Source of the DNA: an uncultured Gammaproteobacteria bacterium | GTDB lineage: Bacteria; Patescibacteriota; Microgenomatia; Daviesbacterales; UBA10151 | Length of the DNA stretch: 13,644 bases | Direction: 5' to 3' | Assembly: GCA_964522265.1 (NCBI GenBank) | Contig: CAZFVS010000018.1 | Coordinates: 1 to 13,644 of the forward strand | Shown here: positions 1-6,868 of the stretch, piece after piece | How the letters are laid out: each line of letters opens with the position of its first letter | How positions within the stretch are numbered: position 1 is the first letter of the stretch | Position numbers and translations under genes: made by a program | The notes under the pieces: generated by a model | What the model saw: the letters and a program-made list of their open reading frames with translations, nothing else | What the model was told of the DNA's origin: nothing | The model's database searches: none

Positions 1-372
1 GACGTAGCAAATTTAATAATGGATCAAGAAACTACCAAGTCTTTAGGCGGGGTTGTGGTTATAGATCATTATGTAAAACAGCCGGAAAAATTAGATGAGG
101 ATGTGACAAAAATTGCTCAAAAAAGTCAGGGTAAAGTAGTGCTGGGTGAATTTGGGGTTCCAATTCCTGATATTAATGGTGCAATGACAGAGCAGGAGCA
201 GTCTGATTGGGTAAGTAAAGCTTTAACAAAATTATCTCAAAATAATAACCTGATTGGATTAAATTACTGGGTAAATGTTGGCGGTACAACACAACTTTGG
301 ATTAAAGATGGTAAAACTCTTGAGGTTGTAAAAACCTTAACTTATTTTTACAACCTCAGAAAAAAACTTTAA
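1..372 (+). CDS. C-terminal fragment of a putative TIM-barrel glycoside hydrolase (GH5-like); 5' end lies outside the window
   Basis: The frame is open from base 1, with no stop before the ATG at 19. Stop TAA at 370-372. Contains VVLGEFGVP, resembling the GH5 nucleophile-Glu strand, and NYWVNVGG. Family assignment is by eye only. Confidence 0.45.
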   Translation, partial: DVANLIMDQETTKSLGGVVVIDHYVKQPEKLDEDVTKIAQKSQGKVVLGEFGVPIPDINGAMTEQEQSDWVSKALTKLSQNNNLIGLNYWVNVGGTTQLWIKDGKTLEVVKTLTYFYNLRKKL

Positions 373-393
373 ACTCAAAGAAATTAATACCCC

Positions 394-422
394 TTGCAAA
401 TTCATTATAGGACTGCTATAAT
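394..422 (+). promoter_or_regulatory. sigma70-type promoter for the LPXTG-protein/sortase operon
   Basis: TTGCAA (394-399), 17-nt spacer, TATAAT (417-422), about 27 nt upstream of the ATG at 449. Confidence 0.55.
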
Positions 423-448
423 TCACAAGATATTTTTTTGTCAATCTA

Positions 449-1039
449 ATGCAATACCTAATATTATTACTATCAGCTATAATATTGTTCTTAACTGCTT
501 CTATATCTGAAGTCTTTGCGATTGAAACGCCGAATTTCCCATCGTGTTCAAATCCTCAGGGGACAATTAAAAGTGATTATCCTGCAGGTACTCATGGTAT
601 TGCCGGAGACAGCAGGCAATTTTCAGGTAGTGATAAAGTTTACAGCTTGTCTGACAATACCCTTCAACAATGTTTTTGCTCAATCAATGGTGATGGAATC
701 CAGACAAACTGGTGGAAGATAGAATCTCTGACAGAAGATCAGATAGAGATTCTAAAAAGGGATGGATGGGTTTTTATCCCCAACGGCAGTCTTTGGGGAC
801 TGGAGGAAGCGTCGTATTTGGCCAAAAACAGCAATTACAGCTGCGGTGGGGGCGGAAATAATAGTGGCAGCAGCAATTCGGATTCATCAGGCAGTACCGG
901 GGGCGGAGAGGTTTTGGGAGCATCAATCAGTCTGCCAAAAACCGGGGCAGACGCCCGCTGGTTAATTATTGCTTCAGTTTCACTGATCTCAGGTCTGGTA
1001 ATACTTTTCAAGGGGTTAAGGTCAAAAAAGTCCCCTTGA
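449..1039 (+). CDS. secreted cell-wall-anchored surface protein (sortase substrate)
   Basis: N-terminal signal peptide (MQYLILLLSAIILFLTASISEVFA). Gly/Ser/Asn-rich linker. C-terminal sorting signal LPKTG (932-946), then a hydrophobic segment and the basic tail RSKKSP. Four Cys in the mature part. Confidence 0.85.
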   Translation: MQYLILLLSAIILFLTASISEVFAIETPNFPSCSNPQGTIKSDYPAGTHGIAGDSRQFSGSDKVYSLSDNTLQQCFCSINGDGIQTNWWKIESLTEDQIEILKRDGWVFIPNGSLWGLEEASYLAKNSNYSCGGGGNNSGSSNSDSSGSTGGGEVLGASISLPKTGADARWLIIASVSLISGLVILFKGLRSKKSP

Positions 1040-1611
1040 AAACCGTGTCTCTAGGTATTATTCTAATTCTTTTTTCACTTACTATTGCAGGACTTACTTT
1101 TTATCCCATGTTTATAGCAGAGCTTGGTTATCAGACCAGAACCCTGGTAAGCCAGTACCCACAAGATATTAATCCTATAAGTTCAGATTTTGGTATTGTG
1201 GTGCCCAAAATAGGGGCTAATTCACGCATCATTGCCAATGTTGACCCTATAAACGAGAAGGAATATCAATGGAGTTTAACACAGGGTATAGCCCATGCTA
1301 AAGGTACAGCCTTCCCTGGTCAAAACGGCAATGTTTTTTTATTCTCACACTCAGCCGCAAATTTTTATGAGGCAAGCCGTTTTAATGCAATCTTTTACCT
1401 GTTAAGTAAACTGGATAAAAATGATGAGGTAGACCTGTATTATAAAGGGGAAAAGTTTAAATACCGGGTTTCGGATAAAAAAATAGTTGACCCGAAAGAT
1501 GTTCAATACTTAAGAGGTGATTTTAACAGGCACACAGTAACTTTGATGACCTGTACTCCGCCCGGTACAAGCCTAAAAAGACTGCTGGTGATTGGAGAGC
1601 TTGGGAAATAG
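1036..1611 (+). CDS. sortase family transpeptidase
   Basis: N-terminal TM anchor. Has the FLFSHS His region, the TLMTCTP catalytic-Cys motif (TLxTC) and a downstream LKRLLV Arg. The TTG start overlaps the upstream TGA (TTGA, 1036-1039). A GTG at 1045 is an alternative start. Confidence 0.9.
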   Translation: MKTVSLGIILILFSLTIAGLTFYPMFIAELGYQTRTLVSQYPQDINPISSDFGIVVPKIGANSRIIANVDPINEKEYQWSLTQGIAHAKGTAFPGQNGNVFLFSHSAANFYEASRFNAIFYLLSKLDKNDEVDLYYKGEKFKYRVSDKKIVDPKDVQYLRGDFNRHTVTLMTCTPPGTSLKRLLVIGELGK

Positions 1612-1620
1612 CCTTTAACA

Positions 1621-1653
1621 TGAAAAAGGGCGCCGGAAAAATTCCCGGCGCCC
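1621..1653 (-). terminator. intrinsic terminator of the GC-rich mini-gene
   Basis: On the minus strand: GGGCGCCGG (1653-1645), 8-nt loop, CCGGCGCCC (1636-1628), followed by TTTTT (1627-1623). On the plus strand the stem is followed by GAAAGC, so it is a weaker terminator for the sortase operon. Confidence 0.7.
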
Positions 1654-1669
1654 GAAAGCTGCGGCTATA

Positions 1670-1861
1670 TCAATCCAGAAACTGTCCCGATGGATTCCTC
1701 CACCGGGGCAGTGAGGAGAGAGCTTCCCAATCCGGTTCAACTCCTTCGTACAGGAGTTCCTCCGGGAACTCGTCCCCTTCGGGCCAGTGGCCCTCCTCGG
1801 GTCCCAATGACCCCCAGATCTCATCCGAGATCTGCTGCGGTTCCCGACTCTCTGCGGACAT
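1670..1861 (-). CDS. hypothetical 63-aa hyper-acidic, Trp-rich small protein; coding status uncertain (could be a structured RNA)
   Basis: ATG at 1861 is preceded by AAAGGAGG (1873-1866) with a 4-nt gap. TGA at 1672-1670 lies 17 nt before the terminator stem. It has its own promoter. Product: MSAESREPQQISDEIWGSLGPEEGHWPEGDEFPEELLYEGVEPDWEALSSLPRWRNPSGQFLD. The ORF track starts 21 nt upstream at a TTG (1882), which lacks an SD. Confidence 0.5.
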   Translation of the reverse strand: MSAESREPQQISDEIWGSLGPEEGHWPEGDEFPEELLYEGVEPDWEALSSLPRWRNPSGQFLD

Positions 1862-1891
1862 GACGCCTCCTTTACTCCGCAACCTTTGATA

Positions 1892-1921
1892 AATATACCA
1901 AAACTATGGGTTGAATGTCAA
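1892..1921 (-). promoter_or_regulatory. near-consensus extended -10 promoter of the GC-rich mini-gene
   Basis: On the minus strand: TTGACA (1921-1916), 18-nt spacer ending in TGG, TATATT (1897-1892). It starts immediately after the stop of the upstream membrane-protein gene. Confidence 0.6.
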
Positions 1922-1922
1922 G

Positions 1923-2453
1923 TCAGCGGTAATCGAGATCGAGGAGTATAAAAAACACTACCATCCCGATTGTGACAAAAAACAACTGAAGCGGAAATCT
2001 TTTTTCTTTCACTACAACTTTTATGGAAGTAAAATAAAAATAAACAAGGAAGCTGGCAACGCAGTACATGTAGATTGCATGCCAAAGCCCCAATAAATTC
2101 CAGTGCCAGGGGGTAGGCATCGCCCAATTCACCAGTCCTTTTACAGCCTGGGTGATATTAAAATAAGCTGTCACGAAACCTCCTGAAATCAACGCATAAC
2201 CCAGGATTGTTTTCGTTAAATATTTTTTATGATTAATCAAAAAATATGCCGCTGTCATATTAACAACCGGTAAAATAATCCCGTCCCCAAAAATCGCCGA
2301 TTTGAAGGTTAAAGAGGTCCGAAGTGTTGCAACTATCGGTGAATCTGTCAAAATCAGATAATAATTATAAAGCGCCCCAGCGCCAAACCCGAAGAAAAAA
2401 GTAGCTGCTCCAACAGAGATTATAAGTGCCGGGTTTTTAAAGAAATTGGCCAT
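1923..2453 (-). CDS. hypothetical polytopic membrane protein
   Basis: 176-aa ORF with several long hydrophobic segments (for example ALIISVGAATFFFGFGAGALY and LFFVTIGMVVFFILL). No motif I recognise. Confidence 0.7.
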   Translation of the reverse strand: MANFFKNPALIISVGAATFFFGFGAGALYNYYLILTDSPIVATLRTSLTFKSAIFGDGIILPVVNMTAAYFLINHKKYLTKTILGYALISGGFVTAYFNITQAVKGLVNWAMPTPWHWNLLGLWHAIYMYCVASFLVYFYFTSIKVVVKEKRFPLQLFFVTIGMVVFFILLDLDYR

Positions 2454-2481
2454 AAAGATACTTTACAACAGTGGAAACTAG

Positions 2482-2509
2482 TTTACAAAGACAAAGTTTC
2501 TGGTATATT
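2482..2509 (+). promoter_or_regulatory. promoter of the ketoisomerase-like gene
   Basis: TTTACA (2482-2487), 16-nt spacer ending in TGG, TATATT (2504-2509). An AAGGA Shine-Dalgarno precedes the ATG at 2521. Confidence 0.5.
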
Positions 2510-2520
2510 TGTAAGGATCA

Positions 2521-2934
2521 ATGAAGGAAAATGAACTGGTCTGTTTCATTGCTCTGCCGGTTGTAAAAGACGAAGGTCTTCTGATGTTTGGTCAAACCCC
2601 TGACCACATCCCTTTTACAATAAAAAGGATTTATTCAATATTTAATGTAGGCCCCGGTTCCTCCAGAGGTTTTCATGCCCATAAAGAAAACCGCCAGGTT
2701 TTATTTTGTTTAAATTCTGATATTCAAATTATAGTTGATAATGGTAAAAAAAGGGAAGAAGTTTTTTTGGACACGCCTGAAAAAGGGTTATTCTTGGATA
2801 AAATGGTCTGGCATGAGATGCACGGATTTAAAAAGGATACTATCCTGCTGGTTCTTGCCTCACATATTTATGACCCGGATGACTATATCAGGGATTACCA
2901 GCAGTTTTTAAAACTTGCTAAACAACACAGATGA
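2521..2934 (+). CDS. FdtA/QdtA/WxcM-like cupin (dTDP-4-keto-6-deoxyhexose 3,4-ketoisomerase family)
   Basis: 137 aa. IKRIYSIFNV...SRGFHAHKENRQVLFCL...MVWHEM matches the RGxHAHK His-pair core of the FdtA-type sugar isomerase cupins. Confidence 0.75.
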   Translation: MKENELVCFIALPVVKDEGLLMFGQTPDHIPFTIKRIYSIFNVGPGSSRGFHAHKENRQVLFCLNSDIQIIVDNGKKREEVFLDTPEKGLFLDKMVWHEMHGFKKDTILLVLASHIYDPDDYIRDYQQFLKLAKQHR

Positions 2935-2971
2935 AAAAAGAAGGGCAGCCCGGCATTTTGCCGAACTGCCC
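2933..2971 (-). terminator. intrinsic terminator of the candidate sRNA
   Basis: On the minus strand: GGGCAGTTCGGCA-AAA-TGCCGGGCTGCCC, a 13-bp stem. Two of the pairs are G.U only in minus-strand RNA and would be C.A mismatches in plus-strand RNA. The stem is followed by TTCTTTTTTC. The U-tract overlaps the TGA of the convergent gene. Confidence 0.7.
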
Positions 2972-3112
2972 TGATAGAAAGTTTTGGTGCCTATACTAGA
3001 TCCAGGCACCCTCCTTTCTTCACCCCCATCTGGGGGACGGACTCGGATGTGATGGTCTCGAACCCTTCAGAAGAAGAATGCATGCAATTGATTTGCACTC
3101 GCTTCTGAATGT
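2935..3112 (-). ncRNA. candidate orphan small RNA, about 175 nt, family unknown
   Basis: Bounded by a near-consensus promoter and a strong terminator, with no SD-preceded ORF and no downstream gene on that strand. GC-enriched, with stable local hairpins: TTCAGAAG/CTTCTGAA (3103-3064), CCCCC-AGAT-GGGGG (3036-3023) and GGTGCCT/AGGCACC (3010-2986). Ends are estimates. Confidence 0.45.
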
Positions 3113-3117
3113 TGCAT

Positions 3118-3146
3118 AATATAACATAATTTATACCGGTTGTCAA
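3118..3146 (-). promoter_or_regulatory. near-consensus extended -10 promoter of the candidate sRNA
   Basis: On the minus strand: TTGACA (3146-3141), 17-nt spacer ending in TGT, TATATT (3123-3118). It lies 19 nt downstream of the SDR gene end. Confidence 0.6.
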
Positions 3147-3164
3147 GTGTTACTATGGGGCGAA

Positions 3165-4025
3165 TTACGAAAGAAGAACACCGCCATCCACTACGATCTG
3201 AGCGCCTGTCATATACGAGGACATCTCGGACGCCAGAAACAGGGCTGCTTTACCAATGTCATCTGCTTCTCCCATCCTATGCATCGGTATTTTTGCCAGG
3301 AATGTTTCCATCATCTTTGATGTGTCAACTCCTGCCGGAATATCTGTTTTTTTCTGAAATTCCTGTACCCCCGGAGTTAAAATTCCTCCGGGTGCTATGG
3401 CATTTACCCAAATTTTGTGCGGTGCCAGCTCCAGGGCAACATTTTTGGTAAACCCCCAGACGCCGTGCTTTGATGCGTCATAGTGGGCAAGACCAATTGA
3501 AGACGGATGGATAGCATCGATTGAGGTAATGTTGATGATTTTGCCTCCCATGCCCTGTTTGATCATCTGTTCTGAAACATACTTGGTGCAGAGAAAAACA
3601 CTTTTTAAGTTTACAGATAGAACTCTGTCAAAATCTGCTAAGCTCATCTGGGATAAGGTAATATTAGGGTAGATCCCAGCGTTGTTTACTAAAATATCGA
3701 CTGAGCCGAAAGCATTGACCGCTTTCCCAATCATTGTTTTAACTCCCTCCTCATCTGATACATCAACCTTGATAACCTTGGCCTTAAAACCTTTTGAAGA
3801 CAGACCCTGTTCTGATTTTTGGGCTTCCTCTTCCTTAAGGTCAGCAATAACCACATTGGCCCCTGCTTCCGCCAATCTGTATGCTATACCAAAGCCGATG
3901 CCTAGCGCACCACCTGTTACAATAGCAGTTTTCCCTGAGAGGTCAAATAATTTATCCAATGATAATTTAATATTTTGTTCTTCCATACTTGTTCTGAGTA
4001 TATGCTGATGAAAAAGAATATTCAA
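3165..4025 (-). CDS. short-chain dehydrogenase/reductase (SDR) family oxidoreductase
   Basis: TGGALGIGFG (TGxxxGxG Rossmann motif), NNAG, and the YDASKHGV catalytic YxxxK. C-terminal VVDGG. The track start at 4025 is TTG; the ATG at 3986 (MEEQNIKL...) is an equally plausible start. Confidence 0.9.
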   Translation of the reverse strand: MNILFHQHILRTSMEEQNIKLSLDKLFDLSGKTAIVTGGALGIGFGIAYRLAEAGANVVIADLKEEEAQKSEQGLSSKGFKAKVIKVDVSDEEGVKTMIGKAVNAFGSVDILVNNAGIYPNITLSQMSLADFDRVLSVNLKSVFLCTKYVSEQMIKQGMGGKIINITSIDAIHPSSIGLAHYDASKHGVWGFTKNVALELAPHKIWVNAIAPGGILTPGVQEFQKKTDIPAGVDTSKMMETFLAKIPMHRMGEADDIGKAALFLASEMSSYMTGAQIVVDGGVLLS

Positions 4026-4033
4026 TACCCCCG

Positions 4034-5485
4034 CTACTGCTTGATATAAAAATTATAGATGAAGCCTCCTAAATCCAATCTCTTCAGGTTTGGTAAATTA
4101 GCTTGTTTTGACAGCAAAATCCCCTTTTCCGGTAATTGAGCATTCTGGTCATCTAAAACAGAAGGCAGTTTAGGGAAATAGATTGCTCTAGAAAAAAGTT
4201 CAAGATCATTTATATTTATTCCATCTAATTGAGCCACATCGGAGGAGATATAAGGAATAAGCCCTCTATTTTTAGACTGTTTGTAGAACTCACGATACAC
4301 CTTGTTAAAATCATCTAAATGGTAAAAGATGTGGTAAGTGTCTTTTGGGTAATCGAACATATAATATTTCCAAAAATCCAAAAAATTAATAAACAAAAGA
4401 ATAGCTATAAAAAATCCGAAATATTTTAAATAAGCTTGTCTGTTTTTTAGGAGTTCCAAAAACCCCAGGGTAAAAAATATAGAGTAAAACGGGATCATAT
4501 ACATTAGTCGATGGGCAAAAAAAGCAGAACCAACAAAGCCAAAAAGAAATGGAGAGGTCAAATAAGTGATAGCAAGTAATATGAAATAGTCATCTCTTTT
4601 TCTAAAAGACAGATAAATCCCCATTAAAAATAATGGTAGGCTGGTAACAAGAAACATACCGTGACGGCCAGTCGATTGGACCATCAGTTTATCACCGGTC
4701 ACAAATAAAAAAGATATGTCAAAACTGGCGAGGTAGTAATAAAGAAAACTGTAGATTGAGTTTATTTGAAATCTTTGATGGTTAAATACTGCACCTGGAT
4801 AATGAGCTTCCAGTATAGGAATAATTGCAAAAAAAGGCAGAGCTGTTAGGACAAAAATTACTAATGGCTTCAAAAAAGAGCTATGTTTCGGCCAGTTTAA
4901 ATAGGCTATATAGACAATGCTTATTACAATCCAAACAGCTATCTGTGGTCTTATTCCGGCATATGAGTAAATTCCTGTTCCAAGACTCAAGGCAGCAAAA
5001 ACCAGATATTTATAATCAGAGCGCAACTTGTATTTTAACAAGCAGATTAGCCATAGGAGGACAAAAGGCACAACAATGATGTGTTCTAGAGCGGTATGGG
5101 TTTCAATCATTACCTCAGGAGTTATCAAAAAGGCAAAAAATGCTATTAACGCTCCTTTTAGATCAAAAATCATTCTTGCTAAATAAAAAATTAAAAAGGC
5201 TGAGAAAATTGCAATTATTACATTTGGCAGCCTTAATGCAAATATAGATGGTCCGAATAATTTAAAAGATAAGGCAACAGCATACTGCAGATATGGCGGA
5301 TACCAAGTTACCCCATCAGACCCCAAAATAAAAAACGGGAGAAAACGTCCATTTTGGTCGCGTAAGGAGTGAGCAAGTAAAATTCCGTTATATCCGTAGG
5401 ATGCCTCGTCTCCGTTGATACCGTTTGGGGTGTCTGCAAGCCTGAACGCAAAAAAAGTAAAAAGAGAGACTGTGTAAACTAACAA
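4034..5485 (-). CDS. GT-C fold membrane glycosyltransferase (GT39 / ArnT / PMT-like, polyprenyl-phosphate-sugar dependent)
   Basis: 483 aa with more than 10 hydrophobic segments. A GDEASYGYNG loop motif (the DE of the first extracytoplasmic loop) follows TM1. The start is uncertain: the track start is TTG, and the frame stays open upstream to a stop at 5548-5546 without an ATG/GTG/TTG. Confidence 0.8.
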   Translation of the reverse strand: MLVYTVSLFTFFAFRLADTPNGINGDEASYGYNGILLAHSLRDQNGRFLPFFILGSDGVTWYPPYLQYAVALSFKLFGPSIFALRLPNVIIAIFSAFLIFYLARMIFDLKGALIAFFAFLITPEVMIETHTALEHIIVVPFVLLWLICLLKYKLRSDYKYLVFAALSLGTGIYSYAGIRPQIAVWIVISIVYIAYLNWPKHSSFLKPLVIFVLTALPFFAIIPILEAHYPGAVFNHQRFQINSIYSFLYYYLASFDISFLFVTGDKLMVQSTGRHGMFLVTSLPLFLMGIYLSFRKRDDYFILLAITYLTSPFLFGFVGSAFFAHRLMYMIPFYSIFFTLGFLELLKNRQAYLKYFGFFIAILLFINFLDFWKYYMFDYPKDTYHIFYHLDDFNKVYREFYKQSKNRGLIPYISSDVAQLDGININDLELFSRAIYFPKLPSVLDDQNAQLPEKGILLSKQANLPNLKRLDLGGFIYNFYIKQ

Positions 5486-5571
5486 ACATAAAAGGACTTT
5501 CGGCTTAATGCGCAGTACCCTTTCATTATCCAGATAGAAAAAAATTTATCAAGTATTTCAGAAAGCCCCAG

Positions 5572-6381
5572 CTAAAATTTAGCCAAAATCCTCTGCACCC
5601 CCTGCATATACTTTCTGAAGTAATGTATTAAAAATGATTTTGCATGCTGGTTGCCGATGCTTCTTACTCTTTGTTTGATATCATCTACGTTTTTTAGCCT
5701 GATAAGTTGCCTGATTTTTAGATAATCTTCCAAGGAACCTCCTTCAATTTTGGCAACCTCGATGGCGATTTCAATACTTTCCCTGATATATTCTTTTATC
5801 CCCTCCTCCACCCCCCTTTTTTTATATTTAGGTGGGTTGTACAGGCCGTCAAGTATTGTTAACCGGGTGTCTTTTTTGCTGAAAAGTGAATTTAGCAGTA
5901 TCTCTACACCATAACGGCTGCTTCTCATTTTAGGTAAATGCTGCAGAAGGGAATCTTTGTAATACGCCCTTTGGCCGGCAATATTAAAGCGCAGGGGGAT
6001 ATAACAATTGGCTTTTTCAAACGAGCTGACACCAATAACAGCTTTGCACAAGCCATTTTTTAACGGGGTAATAAGACTTGAGATATGCACAGCGGAAAGG
6101 TTTTTCAGGTCGCTGTCTATAAAAAGGACGATTTCACCCGAAGCCTCTTTGATTCCGGAAGCCAGTGCAAACCCTTTGCCGTAATTTTTCGAATAATTAA
6201 TTAATTTAATTCTGCCTAAAAACCGGCCGAGTATTTCCAGGCTTTCGTCTGTGGAACCGTCATTTATACAGATTACTTCACCTATAGACTTAAATGATAA
6301 AAGCTTTGCAAGCTCGTCTTCCAGATTCTCTTCCTCATTGAAAATCGGTACAACTGCAGAAACAATTTGATTACTCCTCAT
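5572..6381 (-). CDS. GT2 family glycosyltransferase (polyprenyl-phosphate hexose synthase-like)
   Basis: VSAVVPIFNEEENL, INDGSTDES and the FIDSDL (DxD) motifs typical of GT-A/GT2 Dpm1/GtrB-like enzymes. No TM segments. Confidence 0.85.
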   Translation of the reverse strand: MRSNQIVSAVVPIFNEEENLEDELAKLLSFKSIGEVICINDGSTDESLEILGRFLGRIKLINYSKNYGKGFALASGIKEASGEIVLFIDSDLKNLSAVHISSLITPLKNGLCKAVIGVSSFEKANCYIPLRFNIAGQRAYYKDSLLQHLPKMRSSRYGVEILLNSLFSKKDTRLTILDGLYNPPKYKKRGVEEGIKEYIRESIEIAIEVAKIEGGSLEDYLKIRQLIRLKNVDDIKQRVRSIGNQHAKSFLIHYFRKYMQGVQRILAKF

Positions 6382-6445
6382 CTTAAATTACCCATTTAAA
6401 AAAGTCTATATTAAATTTGCCAAAAAAACAATTATAATAATAAGC

Positions 6446-6868
6446 ATGGATAAAGTGAAAAGGAATATTTTATATATAGTCTGGTTTCAGGTCCTGCTTG
6501 CTATAGGCGGCAGCCTATTTTTTAGTGAGATCAAGCACTTTCCGCCCTGTGTTTTATGTTGGTACCAGAGGATATTTATGTATCCACTGGCTATTATTAT
6601 AGCTGTAGGGATATTAAGGAAGGATAAAAAAGTCTACTATTACGTGCTGCCGCTAGCTATTGCGGGTATGGCTGTGGCTTTTTACCAAAACCTTTTATAC
6701 TATAAAATTTTGCCTGAAAGCATAGCCCCTTGTACAGCAGGGGTTTCCTGTACCACAAGATTTATAGAATGGTTTGGATTTGTCAGCATACCCATGCTGT
6801 CTTTAATATCCTTTACTTTTATTACTATTGGCATGCTTGTTTACAAGAGATATAATGGCGGCAAATGA
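6446..6868 (+). CDS. bdbC: disulfide bond formation protein, BdbC/DsbB family
   Basis: 140 aa with 4 TM segments. PPCVLCWYQRIFMYP (CxxC) and a second Cys pair CTAGVSC, closely resembling Bacillus BdbC. Its stop overlaps the next start (ATGA, 6865-6868). Confidence 0.85.
   Translation: MDKVKRNILYIVWFQVLLAIGGSLFFSEIKHFPPCVLCWYQRIFMYPLAIIIAVGILRKDKKVYYYVLPLAIAGMAVAFYQNLLYYKILPESIAPCTAGVSCTTRFIEWFGFVSIPMLSLISFTFITIGMLVYKRYNGGK

Noticed and set aside
1615-1889. Track ORFs 1620-1889 (+, 89 aa) and 1615-1824 (-, 69 aa) overlapping the GC-rich island
   Set aside because: Open frames are expected by chance in 60 % GC sequence. Neither has an SD or a promoter, and the plus-strand one begins inside the terminator hairpin. 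Only the frame starting at ATG 1861 has a full set of expression signals.
3000-3089. 30-aa ORF MHSSSEGFETITSESVPQMGVKKGGCLDLV inside the candidate sRNA
   Set aside because: It has no ribosome-binding site, is not hydrophobic (so not type I toxin-like), and its frame is embedded in strong hairpins. It is treated as incidental.
3064-3090. Mini-ORF ATGCATGCATTCTTCTTCTGA (MHAFFF*) resembling a Phe attenuation leader peptide, followed by alternative hairpins and a terminator
   Set aside because: No SD is present. More decisively, no gene lies downstream on the minus strand: the transcript runs into the 3' end of a convergent gene. There is nothing to attenuate.
1621-3146. Identifying the two GC-rich islands as RNase P RNA, tmRNA, SRP RNA or 6S RNA
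   Set aside because: I looked by eye for several hallmarks:
- GAAAGUCC-type CR-I for RNase P;
- a tRNA-like acceptor/T-arm 3' end and an ...ALAA-type tag frame for tmRNA;
- a GGAA tetraloop with flanking AGCA/GGA loops for SRP domain IV;
- 5'/3' end pairing into a long rod for 6S.

I found none. This cannot be excluded without a covariance-model scan.
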